Source of the DNA: Candidatus Latescibacterota bacterium
GTDB lineage: Bacteria > Latescibacterota > UBA2968
DNA: 64,000 bases
Assembly: GCA_965207885.1 (NCBI GenBank)
Contig: OZ242311.1
Coordinates: 480,001 to 544,000, forward strand
Direction of reading: 5' to 3'
Shown here: positions 28,955 to 37,402 of the stretch, piece by piece
Numbering within the stretch: position 1 is the stretch's first letter
How the letters are laid out: each line of letters starts with the position of its first letter
The notes under the pieces: model-generated
What the model saw: the letters and a program-made list of their open reading frames with translations, nothing else
Database searches by the model: none
What the model was told of the DNA's origin: nothing
Program-made: the position numbers and the translations under genes

Positions 28955-29386
28955 ATGCTCGTTGGTATATCCCCATTGTTCAGTCCCGAGTTGTTGGCTA
29001 CGATTTATCGCATGGGACACGGAGATGAGATTGTTCTGGCAGATGCGCATTTTCCCGGGCATTCGGTGAATGCCAATACGCTGCGGGCAGATGGTCTGGG
29101 GGTTGCGGCGTTGCTCGAGGCGATTTTGCCCCTGTTTGTGCTGGATACGTATGTGGATAGTCCGGTTTTTATGATGGATGCAGTGCCAGGCGATACGCTT
29201 GATCCCGCAGTTGAGGCGTCTTACCGGGCTGTGATTGACAGGGTATGGCCAGATACGCCCCCCATCGCGCGCGTTGAACGTTTTGCGTTTTACGAACAGG
29301 CGAGAGATGCTTTTGCGGTTGTTATGACTGGGGAGACTGCAAAATACGGCAATGTTATTTTGAAGAAGGGTGTGACGCCGGTGTAG
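28955..29386 (+). CDS. fucU: RbsD/FucU-family sugar mutarotase (L-fucose mutarotase-like)
   Basis: [38 protein letters not shown]. Confidence 0.85.
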   Translation: MLVGISPLFSPELLATIYRMGHGDEIVLADAHFPGHSVNANTLRADGLGVAALLEAILPLFVLDTYVDSPVFMMDAVPGDTLDPAVEASYRAVIDRVWPDTPPIARVERFAFYEQARDAFAVVMTGETAKYGNVILKKGVTPV

Positions 29387-29500
29387 GATGACCTGTCCAA
29401 AAGGACAGGTTGTTTTTGTCCCTGGGGACGGTGTTTTGGGATTTTGGATGGCGTATTTTTGGGGTGAGATTAGTTCATTCCAATCAAAAGGAGGCATACC

Positions 29501-31267
29501 ATGGCTGTGACGACGCTTGATTATGTGCCCTGTGCGCGTGTGGAAGATATTCCCGAGGGTGGAATTAAGGCGGTGAATGTGGAGGGCCATGCGATTGCGC
29601 TGGCAAAGTCGGACGGCGAGATCCGGGCGGTGGATAACCGGTGCCCGCATATGGGGTATCCGCTGAGTGAGGGGTCGATTCACAATGGGTTGATTATTTG
29701 CCACTGGCATCACGCGCGGTTTGATCTGGTCAGCGGGTGTACGTTTGATCCGTTTGCCGATGATGTGCGGAGTTATCCGGTGGATGTGCAGGATGGTGAG
29801 ATTTATGTGAATGTGCATGCGACGCATCCCGATCCGGTGGGTCATTGGAAGCGGCGGTTGAGCGAGAGTTTGGAGCAGAATATCAATCTGGTGATTGCCA
29901 AGTCGGTGATCGCGCTTCGGGGCCAGCGGGTCGATGGCGATGATATTGCAGAGATTGGCGCGCGGTATGGTGCGCTGAGGCGGCGTCAGGGGTGGGGTCC
30001 GGGGTTGACGATTTTGACGTGTATGGCCAATGTGGTGCCGAAGCTGGCACCCGAGGATCAGGTTCTGGCGCTGTATCAGGGGTTGTTGCATGTGGCGCAG
30101 GAGACGAGTAATGCAGCGCCGAGGATTGTTTTTACGCCGCTGGAGACAGAGGAGCTGACGCTGGCGCGGATTAAGGCGTGGTTCCGCTATCTGATTGAGG
30201 TGCGAAATGCCGATGGCGCGGAGCGCGCGTTGTTGACGGCGATCCAGATGGGGGCAACGCCTTCGGAGATGTGCGATATGCTGGTGACTGCAGCGACGGA
30301 TCACTTTTATCGCGATGGCGGGCATGTGCTGGATTTTATCAATAAGGGTTTTGAGGTGCTCGAGCGCATTGGATGGGACAAGGCCGATGAGATTTTGCCT
30401 TCGCTGGTGGGTGTGCTTTCGGGTTCACAGCGGAGTGAGGAGTTGAACCGGTGGCGCAGTCCCGTTGATCTGGTGGCGTTGTTACGCGATGCGTTTGATG
30501 AGCTTGAGGATCTGGTTCGCGAGGGTGAGGGGAAGACGTGGGATGATGCGGATGCTTTGACGGAGGTTTTGTCAGGCGATGATCCGCACGCGATTGTGGA
30601 TGGGTTGAAGGCGGCGTTTGCCGGTGGGGCGACGCTGACGCAGTTGACGCAGACGCTGACTTATGCAGCGGCGTTGCGGATTGCGCGGTTTCACGTTAAG
30701 AATGAGTTTGCCGATTGGATCGCTGTGCTGCATACGCATTCGGCGGCCAATGCGCTGCATCAATGTGCAAAGCGCGCACCGTCCCTGGATCTGGCGCGGG
30801 GGATTTTTCACGGTGCAATGGCGCTGTATTTTGATCGGTGGTTTAATAAGCCGGCAGCCCGTTTGCCCCAGGATCAGCGCGCGACCCAGCAGTTGCCGGA
30901 GGATGCGGATGAGTTGCTGGATTCTTTTGTGGATTTGCTCGATACTCAGGCTCAGGTGGATGAGGCGGGGCGAATTGCGTATCGGTATTTGTCGCTGGGT
31001 CATCCGCGCGGTGCTTTGTGCGAGCGGTTGGGCCATGTGTTGCTGCGAGAAGATGCCGAGTTTCATTCGTTTCAGATGCTGGAGTCGGCGTTTAGCCAGG
31101 CAGAGGAGTTGGATGAGGAACGCGCACGGATTACGCTGGTGGGCGCGGCGCGGTATCTGGCAGCGCATGCACCAACGGCGCGTGCGTTGGGACAGACGGC
31201 GAATTTGGCACTTCGACTGCACAGGGGAGAGGATCTTTCGGCTGAGGATCCGGATGAGGAAGTTTGA
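29501..31267 (+). CDS. Rieske [2Fe-2S] domain fused to a large helical domain
   Basis: NRCPHMG...ICHWHHARFD; His-rich helical motifs GHVLDF, LHTHS, FHSFQ. Confidence 0.85.
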   Translation: MAVTTLDYVPCARVEDIPEGGIKAVNVEGHAIALAKSDGEIRAVDNRCPHMGYPLSEGSIHNGLIICHWHHARFDLVSGCTFDPFADDVRSYPVDVQDGEIYVNVHATHPDPVGHWKRRLSESLEQNINLVIAKSVIALRGQRVDGDDIAEIGARYGALRRRQGWGPGLTILTCMANVVPKLAPEDQVLALYQGLLHVAQETSNAAPRIVFTPLETEELTLARIKAWFRYLIEVRNADGAERALLTAIQMGATPSEMCDMLVTAATDHFYRDGGHVLDFINKGFEVLERIGWDKADEILPSLVGVLSGSQRSEELNRWRSPVDLVALLRDAFDELEDLVREGEGKTWDDADALTEVLSGDDPHAIVDGLKAAFAGGATLTQLTQTLTYAAALRIARFHVKNEFADWIAVLHTHSAANALHQCAKRAPSLDLARGIFHGAMALYFDRWFNKPAARLPQDQRATQQLPEDADELLDSFVDLLDTQAQVDEAGRIAYRYLSLGHPRGALCERLGHVLLREDAEFHSFQMLESAFSQAEELDEERARITLVGAARYLAAHAPTARALGQTANLALRLHRGEDLSAEDPDEEV

Positions 31268-31341
31268 AGGCGGGATAGATGATTCCAGATCACACAGATG
31301 GGTATTTCAAAAGCCTGTACCAGCAGTGGTGCAGGCTTTTT

Positions 31342-31734
31342 TTATATCGTCGGTTTCCATTTTCCCTGTACGCGATAGGCTTCATCAGGACCCGGCCACG
31401 GGGGCATGGTGATGGCGACAGCGCAGAGTGGTTCTCTGTTGTGGGCGCGAAATTGGAAGTGGGTGCCTTGCGGTATGGTGAGGGTTACGCCGGGGGCGAG
31501 GGATGCGATTTCTTCGCGGTTGCCCTGTTTGCGCCACATTTCGCCCTGTCCGCTGATGATGTACCAGATTTCTTCGACGGTGCGGTGGGCGACGGCGATG
31601 GATGTTTTTCCCGGGGCGAGTTCAAAGTGGGCCATGCCGCCATTTTTGAGTTCGAGGAGTATGCGGACGTCGGATCCATCGGGTGCGGTGACGTCGGGTT
31701 TTTGAGGCAGGTGTTTTGTGCTGAATTCGGTCAT
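31342..31734 (-). CDS. Cupin domain protein
   Basis: APDGSDVR, AHRTVEEIWY, IPQGTHFQFR, TMPPWPG. Confidence 0.85.
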   Translation of the reverse strand: MTEFSTKHLPQKPDVTAPDGSDVRILLELKNGGMAHFELAPGKTSIAVAHRTVEEIWYIISGQGEMWRKQGNREEIASLAPGVTLTIPQGTHFQFRAHNREPLCAVAITMPPWPGPDEAYRVQGKWKPTI

Positions 31735-31747
31735 GGTGTTCTCCGAT

Positions 31748-32314
31748 TTACATTTCCCGTTCTTCAATGGTTTTCCGAAGCAGGACTCTTCCGCGGTACA
31801 GCCAGGTTTTTACGGTGCCTATGGGTACTTGCATGGCTTTTTCGATTTCGGCATAAGAATAGTCCTCGATATAACGCAGGCGCATGGCTTCGCGATATTG
31901 TTGTGGCAGTGTTTGTATGCTTTTGCGTACGAGGTGTTGGCTTTCTCGTGCGTGCAGGGTGGTTTCCGGGTCTTGTGTGCCGGACGGGGCGATTTTTTGC
32001 ATGCCTTCTGGCGTATGAAAATAGGTTGCCCATTTGCGCCGCACGGATTGCGATTCGCAGTGCGAGAGGCATACGTTCATGGCTATGCGGGTCAACCAGG
32101 TTGAGAATGCCGCGTCACCGCGAAAGCGATTGAGTCCCTGGTATGCTTTTATAAATGCGATTTGAACCAGGTCGTCGATGTCGTCTTTGTTTTTTGTGTG
32201 GCTGGCTACGATTGCATAAATTCGGGCTACGTTTGCTTTGTACAGTTTGCCAAATGCGATCCCGTCACCCATCCGCGCTTTGAGTACCATTGTCTGTTCT
32301 TCGTTCGGTGCCAT
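31748..32314 (-). CDS. ECF sigma factor (paralog of 18634-19215)
   Basis: Start MAPNEEQ after GAGGAG; FRGDAAFSTWLTRIAMN and VPIGTVKTWLYRGR. Confidence 0.9.
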   Translation of the reverse strand: MAPNEEQTMVLKARMGDGIAFGKLYKANVARIYAIVASHTKNKDDIDDLVQIAFIKAYQGLNRFRGDAAFSTWLTRIAMNVCLSHCESQSVRRKWATYFHTPEGMQKIAPSGTQDPETTLHARESQHLVRKSIQTLPQQYREAMRLRYIEDYSYAEIEKAMQVPIGTVKTWLYRGRVLLRKTIEEREM

Positions 32315-32408
32315 TATACTCCTCTTGTGTCGTGAGGTCATGTTGTTTTTTTGATCATCTACTGTGTTCTGCACCGATGGGTGTCTGGGGTGGTCCCCGG
32401 AGGGCAAC

Positions 32409-32443
32409 AAAAAACCCGACATCGAATTTAGCTCGATGTCGGG
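32409..32443 (-). terminator. Intrinsic terminator inside the ECF sigma 5' leader (attenuator)
   Basis: 11-bp perfect stem CCCGACATCGA-N7-TCGATGTCGGG followed by TTTTTT on the minus strand, ~95 nt upstream of the start codon. Confidence 0.75.
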
Positions 32444-32737
32444 CACGTAGGGTATAGGCACCAAAAACCCCACTCAGGGGTTGGCAAAATTTTAGCCTCC
32501 AGGGCATAATCGCCGCCTCCTGGAGGGATAATGGCAGTGTGAATGGACCATTTAATTTTACCTAAATGTATGTGATTTCAGGTAGTTATCTCCTAATATC
32601 AGAGGGCTTTTGTTTTTTGGATTGGAAAATATAGCCCGTTCTGTTTTTTTGTGCAAGAAAAAATCTGTACCATACAAAAAAATTATTTTTTGGAAAATGA
32701 GGCGGGGCGGCGGTCAGCGGACGATCATAATGTCATC

Positions 32738-32763
32738 GTAGGGGCCGTCCCTTGTGCCGTCCC
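32738..32763 (+). repeat. REP-like GTAG element
   Basis: GTAGGGGCCGTCCCTTGTGCCGTCCC; compare GTAGGGGCGGGTCTTGTGCCCGCCC at 55266. Confidence 0.55.
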
Positions 32764-32832
32764 AACCTGTACATTAGACCGGACAGGTGGAAATTGTACG
32801 TCACGGAGTACGGGAAAAAGAGTTTTATGTAA

Positions 32833-33753
32833 TCAAAACTGGACGACAAAATCAATATACGGAACGCCGGGAAAGATTGTGCCTTCTCCTATTGTATTGA
32901 TCAGTCCCAGATCTACGCTTAATCGTTTGCCAAAGAATCGTATTCCATAAGAGATCAGGGGGTCTTCTACACCGGGAAAGATCCAGTTTTCTGTAACAAA
33001 TGCCGTCCGTCGCGTCAAGCGCTTCTCTCCCCCGATCATTACCATAGGGCGATCTGCGAGGTCTCCCTCCACAAAACCATAACCGAGTCCCGCAGTCAGG
33101 CTGGCATCGGGTTTCCCAAATGTTGTTACACCATACAATATGCCTGCAACTTCAGGGTCATCTTCTTGAATGTCCTCATCCTCATAATTGGGAATACGCA
33201 CGAGAAGTACGCCCATGGCAAAAGAGAAGGTCTTTTCCTGTACTAATCCGAATTTTGGTGCAAGAAAAAATAATTGATCATTTATATCCACGGTGGGAAA
33301 GATGGAAAGTCCACCTCCCAGAGTAAAGCGGTCTGTGATCCCATAAGCAAAGCCCGGAAAAAAGAGATAATAATCAGCAAAATAACCTTTGCCCTGTTTT
33401 AGCATACGCGCCGTAGGTGCAAAGAATAGGCGTGTTATATTGGGATTTGGGAACCAGAACTCACCCTTTCGTATTAACTCGGCAGACACTGTTTCAATGT
33501 GTTTGATTTTTGAAATGGGGATGTGGATAATGCCCAGGTCCGTCTTAAATGCGATCTCTTCAGCACCAATCTCTACAATGCGTCCGATATTTGTCGATCC
33601 ATCGGTTGTTTCAAGTACCTGAATTTGAGTTGAATCGGGAATCGCCAACCGGGACATAAGGGAGGATGGTGCGTTCTTCGCGTGTTCTTCTGCAAAGATA
33701 CTGTTTAGAGAGATTGCAGTATAGATTAAGAGTAACCATTGCGTTCGTATCAT
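32833..33753 (-). CDS. Exported hypothetical protein, probable outer-membrane beta-barrel
   Basis: Signal-like MIRTQWLLL; RLFFAPTARML motif; alternating beta strands; terminal Phe. Confidence 0.65.
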   Translation of the reverse strand: MIRTQWLLLIYTAISLNSIFAEEHAKNAPSSLMSRLAIPDSTQIQVLETTDGSTNIGRIVEIGAEEIAFKTDLGIIHIPISKIKHIETVSAELIRKGEFWFPNPNITRLFFAPTARMLKQGKGYFADYYLFFPGFAYGITDRFTLGGGLSIFPTVDINDQLFFLAPKFGLVQEKTFSFAMGVLLVRIPNYEDEDIQEDDPEVAGILYGVTTFGKPDASLTAGLGYGFVEGDLADRPMVMIGGEKRLTRRTAFVTENWIFPGVEDPLISYGIRFFGKRLSVDLGLINTIGEGTIFPGVPYIDFVVQF

Positions 33754-33772
33754 GCGAAACCCTTCGTTCCAA

Positions 33773-34120
33773 TCATAACTCAGAGACCGAAAGCACTGTG
33801 GTGTAATACGCAAGCATGGCGTTGTCGGCGTCCGATTCAGTAATTTCAAAGGGGATAGATTCAAATGGTTTGTGCTCTTGTGCATCAAGTTCTTCTGAGA
33901 GGTAAAATTCATGAAGGATATCGTTTCTGCCAAAAGAAAAATTTCTGTCACCCTTATCGGCTATGCGCACATCCGCTAAGAATACGACAATGGAAAATAT
34001 GACTTTAACCTTTTCAGCATGGTGATTCTGTAGTGATCCTCTGGCAGTAACATTATTGTCTATCTTGCTTATCGATATACTACTTTCATCAATCTCTACT
34101 GCTGATGTATTCAGTATCAT
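33773..34120 (-). CDS. Hypothetical protein
   Basis: 115-aa AT-rich ORF co-oriented with its neighbours; no motif recognised. Confidence 0.45.
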   Translation of the reverse strand: MILNTSAVEIDESSISISKIDNNVTARGSLQNHHAEKVKVIFSIVVFLADVRIADKGDRNFSFGRNDILHEFYLSEELDAQEHKPFESIPFEITESDADNAMLAYYTTVLSVSEL

Positions 34121-34123
34121 AGT

Positions 34124-34273
34124 TTAATCCTCGTCAGCTTGGGTTAAACCTGCATTTTTTCTGGCTCTGAGCATTTCATCAAAAAGCGCAAATTCATCCG
34201 CAAGCGCGTCGTATTCAGCGACAAATTCTGGATCTTTCTTCCATTCATCAATCATTTCACGATGTGTTTTTAT
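34124..34273 (-). pseudogene. Truncated XRE-HTH (HigA-like) antitoxin
   Basis: (ATA)KTHREMIDEWKKDPEFVAEYDALADEFALFDEMLRARKNAGLTQADED*. Homologous to the N-terminus of 44141-44425. ATA sits at the expected start after GGAGG, and the ORF stops inside the HTH. Confidence 0.75.
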
Positions 34274-34518
34274 TTTTAACCTCCTTTATAATAATGAATT
34301 GGCGCAAAACTTCTTTGTTTCTGGTTTTGCGCCAAATTCTACAGTCTCAACATAGGAGACACTCTTTCCCTCTCAAGAATAGATACTTAAAAATCTAAGA
34401 GTAGATACCTGAGTCTCTACTCTTGAGCCCTGCTTCCGATGCAACAGGGGGAATTATGTGCACTATATCAAATACAGACACAAGAATCAAGCATTTTTCT
34501 GATTCTGCAGACACTGTC

Positions 34519-34582
34519 TATTGATGGATGTACCTGTTCGAACATTGCAAGATTGGGAACAGGGCTTTGGCGTAATTAGAGC
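34519..34582 (+). pseudogene. Internally deleted relic of the HTH antitoxin module at 38387-38739
   Basis: LMDVPVRTLQDWEQG versus LMGVSVRTLQDWEQG, followed directly by CGTAATTAGAGC, which also occurs at 38728. Confidence 0.7.
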
Positions 34583-34614
34583 GCGTCAGCTTTCTTATCG
34601 ACATGTAGTTTCAT
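34576..34614 (-). pseudogene. 5' fragment of a DUF2283 gene
   Basis: MKLHVDKKADAL* versus MKLHIDKEADAL at 16122. Confidence 0.65.
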
Positions 34615-34805
34615 AATTCTTTATTCCTGTGACTGTGGTTGTGAGAATGGGTTTTGCGGACAGAGATGGTGCTGACCACGCGACTTCGGTCTTGTATTTC
34701 AGCGGCTTTTAAGCGGTCCATTAACTGGTTGAGATCGCCGCCGCACTCTTTTAGAAGTTTCTGTCTCGTCTGGTGAATTTCTTCGACAATAGGATCGCGT
34801 TTCAT
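34611..34805 (-). CDS. Small antitoxin-like protein (DPIVEE type), preceded by a PIN C-terminal remnant
   Basis: MKRDPIVEEIHQTRQKL; the upstream frame ends PTIVTPEGLLEQPGGEP* with an ATGA overlap. Confidence 0.55.
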   Translation of the reverse strand: MKRDPIVEEIHQTRQKLLKECGGDLNQLMDRLKAAEIQDRSRVVSTISVRKTHSHNHSHRNKEL

Positions 34806-34858
34806 GGTTCTCCTCCGGGCTGTTCAAGAAGTCCTTCAGGTGTAACGATAGTCGGGGA

Positions 34859-35347
34859 TCACGTTGTTTCGCCAGCACGTTTCAGCACCATCTGGCGCGT
34901 CCTGTCATTCAGCCGAAATCGCAATGATTGAAGACAATCCAAAACGGGCTGAACCGCGTCGAGAATGCCGCGCTCTTTGGCCCGCAATAAGAGGCCGAGA
35001 GTGCCGGTTATTTCCAACTCCAATGTCCTGGCATATCGCCGTGCGTCTCGGTCATCAAGGAGAAGCAATGCGTCGTGTGTTTCCAGTCCCAAGGCAAGCA
35101 CTTCCTTTTCGCCATCTCCAAGATGTGTCACCAGAGGTAACAGCGTCCGATCACGCACGGGTCGCACGATCAGCCACGAAAGGTCTTCCATTACAGGTAG
35201 AAGTATATTCCGACGGTGGCCTTCTTCCAACTCTGCCACTACCGCTTCCGGTATGTACACTTGTCCGGCAAGTGCGGGTAGCAGTTCCAACATGTTGGCT
35301 TGATATAGATACTGAATCGGAGAAGTATTACAGATGACGACGGGCAC
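34859..35347 (-). CDS. DUF3368-family PIN-domain protein (putative toxin)
   Basis: VICNTSPI, IPEAVVAEL, LGDGEKEVLAL, LLDDRDAR, TGTLGLL. Confidence 0.85.
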   Translation of the reverse strand: MPVVICNTSPIQYLYQANMLELLPALAGQVYIPEAVVAELEEGHRRNILLPVMEDLSWLIVRPVRDRTLLPLVTHLGDGEKEVLALGLETHDALLLLDDRDARRYARTLELEITGTLGLLLRAKERGILDAVQPVLDCLQSLRFRLNDRTRQMVLKRAGETT

Positions 35348-35444
35348 TGTCTATGTCCTGTTGGAGGTCGTCCTCAGTCAGGGAGAAGTATTACAGATGA
35401 CGACGGGCACTGTCTATGTCCTGTTGGAGGTCGTCCTCAGTCAG
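35319..35444. repeat. Exact 63-bp tandem duplication
   Basis: 35319-35381 is identical to 35382-35444 and spans the antitoxin/toxin overlap. Confidence 0.95.
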
Positions 35445-35657
35445 TTGGAAGGTATCAACGCCGTATTCGGCGAGTTTTGTCAGAAATAAGGGCTTGGGAA
35501 TGCCAGCCAGCTTGGCTGCGCCCCCCGAGGACAAACGGCCCAACTCGTAGAGCTTGACGGCGATGAGGAGCTTGGCCTCTTCGCTGAACTGCTTGGGTGT
35601 ATATCCGAGGGCCAGCAGGACTTCGTCACCGTAGTCAATGGTCAATGTTCTCTTCAT
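35391..35657 (-). CDS. UPF0175-family antitoxin
   Basis: MKRTLTIDY...AVKLYELGRLSSGGAAKLAGIPKPLFLTKL. Confidence 0.85.
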   Translation of the reverse strand: MKRTLTIDYGDEVLLALGYTPKQFSEEAKLLIAVKLYELGRLSSGGAAKLAGIPKPLFLTKLAEYGVDTFQLTEDDLQQDIDSARRHL

Positions 35658-35776
35658 TGTGTCGTGTCTCCATAAACGCGCTGTCGAACTGGGCGAATTG
35701 CCCATCCGCTTTTTGCGTATAATGATAAATGCCTATTTGCAATTTACTTGAAAAAACAGGGACTTGCAATGACGTT

Positions 35777-35977
35777 TTTGCGTATAACGATAATTATATG
35801 CAAAATTCAATCCCTTCAAAATGTCTCAATGCGGAAAGCCAAAAGCGTGATCCTACCCCGAGCCTATTCACAAATTCCTCGTCCGAAAACGCATTTGCAC
35901 ACTTTCGCGTAGTGCCTGTATATTGATGGTATAACTGAACTGGTGCGTGAATAACGTAGTTAGCGGACAGCCACACA
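35777..35977. other. Tyrosine-recombinase-type site (long attC-like or dif-like)
   Basis: 11-6-11 palindrome TTTGCGTATAA CGATAA TTATATGCAAA; distal end TGCGTGAATAACGTAGTTAGCG gives TAAC...GTTA termini. Confidence 0.45.
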
Positions 35978-35999
35978 ATACTGGCAAAGGATTCTCCTG

Positions 36000-36818
36000 A
36001 TGCTCGATACCGTCAATCTCCCTGAGCACAGACGCGTTTTTGACAGTCTATTGCGACACTTTAGGAACATAGACGAAGTCATCGGCATCTTCGTCAGCGG
36101 AAGTCAAGCTACCGGGGAAATGGACGAGCAATCCGACCTTGATTTAGGGGTTGTTCTTGATTCCCAGAAAATCCGAGATGCTGTCTGGTCTAAAAGGTGG
36201 AATTGGGCAACCGAACCGTGGTTCCACCGATTTGATGCAGATCACATCAAGGAGTATTTCGTTATCTATCTTTTCGAGCCGTGCGTCAAGGCAGACATCA
36301 ATCTTTACATAGAGGAGGACTTGCCAGGTTGGAAGGGAGGGCCCTTTCATCTTATCTGGTCGAAGTCAGACAGGCTTGAAGAATGGTGTCAAGTTTCGAA
36401 TGATAAGGTACGCCGCGAGAACAAGCCGACTCCCAGTGAAGAACTGTTGATCCATGAAGACGAACGTCTCTGGGCCTGGCTTGTGTATGTTGTTTTGCAC
36501 ACGAAGCGTGGTGAGTACTATTCCGCAGCCTGGTCGTTTGCCCATCTACGCAACATCGTGGAGAAATGGCATGCATATCTACAGGGAGAACACAAATTCA
36601 CGCCCAGGCAGTTCGAGCAGCGGATGCCATCGCACCTGGCTGGCCGATTTGCGACTCTATTCCCTCAGCCAACACGAAATTCACTCAAGAAGGCTTACTA
36701 TAACCTGGCGGAACTACATGAGGAGCAGCGCAGAGAAATCGGTTCACGACTTGGATTGACCTGGAAGGTAAGCGAGTATGGTATATGTAGGGTCAAGGAT
36801 ATGATTGGCGAAATATAG
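36000..36818 (+). CDS. Nucleotidyltransferase (Pol-beta fold; Lnu/aminoglycoside adenylyltransferase-like)
   Basis: GIFVSGSQATGEMDEQSDLDL motif plus a helical C-terminal domain. Confidence 0.78.
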   Translation: MLDTVNLPEHRRVFDSLLRHFRNIDEVIGIFVSGSQATGEMDEQSDLDLGVVLDSQKIRDAVWSKRWNWATEPWFHRFDADHIKEYFVIYLFEPCVKADINLYIEEDLPGWKGGPFHLIWSKSDRLEEWCQVSNDKVRRENKPTPSEELLIHEDERLWAWLVYVVLHTKRGEYYSAAWSFAHLRNIVEKWHAYLQGEHKFTPRQFEQRMPSHLAGRFATLFPQPTRNSLKKAYYNLAELHEEQRREIGSRLGLTWKVSEYGICRVKDMIGEI

Positions 36819-36860
36819 TGTGGCCGTCCGCTTGCTTTTTTGAAAAGTTTGGGGTTACTG

Positions 36861-37280
36861 ATGCCAGATTGCGACTACAGTCTTACGTGGTACCATGGCT
36901 CTCAGCAAAAGCTGACGAAACTTCGTATCGGGAGTTCGATCACACAATACAGAAATGTGGCGAAGGCGTTCTCTCACCGCCCTTCTCTTATCTCTTTGTC
37001 TGACGAAGATGAGTCTCTATCTGACAAGCTCAGGCTGAAGCATAACGGCGCCACGCCAGGTTATCTCTATGTTGTTTTAGATGAGATTGATCCTGATGAT
37101 GTGTATCCGCATCCCCATCCGGCAAATGTCGGTCGCTGGGAGTGGCTGACTAACCGGGAATTGAAACTGGAACTCATCGAACAGACTATCGTAACAGACA
37201 GTGAACGGCTGACAGACGAAGATATCGCAGAGATAAGGCGGAAACAGAAGGAAAGGGGCGAGGAGTCATTCGCGGAGTGA
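36861..37280 (+). CDS. Hypothetical protein (WYHGS motif, possibly ADP-ribosyltransferase-like fold)
   Basis: WYHGS...GSSITQ...AFS...GYLYVV...EWL pattern; start uncertain. Confidence 0.55.
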   Translation: MPDCDYSLTWYHGSQQKLTKLRIGSSITQYRNVAKAFSHRPSLISLSDEDESLSDKLRLKHNGATPGYLYVVLDEIDPDDVYPHPHPANVGRWEWLTNRELKLELIEQTIVTDSERLTDEDIAEIRRKQKERGEESFAE

Positions 37281-37350
37281 TCTGTTTAAAAAAGCGCGCA
37301 GCAAAAAGTAGGTGCAATGTCCTGCATATTCAGCATGAGTTAGAAATAAA

Positions 37351-37381
37351 AAAGCCGCTTCCCAGTTTAAGAAGCGGCTTT
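37351..37381. terminator. Bidirectional terminator
   Basis: AAAGCCGCTTC-N9-GAAGCGGCTTT between convergent genes. Confidence 0.7.
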
Positions 37382-37402
37382 AATTTATCTATCACATTTA
37401 GT

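Noticed and set aside
28937-30325. Long antisense ORFs (also 26724-27833, 47159-48409, 51119-52135, 55378-56340, 60894-61958)
   Set aside because: They are shadows of well-supported genes on the opposite strand and have no recognisable motifs.
32444-32545. SAM-I or c-di-GMP riboswitch call for the ECF leader
   Set aside because: Only isolated words match (TTATC, CAACC, GGTGC; GGCAAA on the antisense strand) and the core consensus is missing. Kept as an unclassified candidate.
33754-33951. 372-aa version of the ORF at 32833
   Set aside because: The extension overlaps another ORF; the signal-peptide-like start at 33753 is more plausible.
35777-35804. Chromosomal dif site marking the replication terminus
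   Set aside because: The right arm is not the conserved XerD arm TTATGTTAAAT, and the + strand looks G/T-rich on both sides with no evident skew switch (judged by eye).
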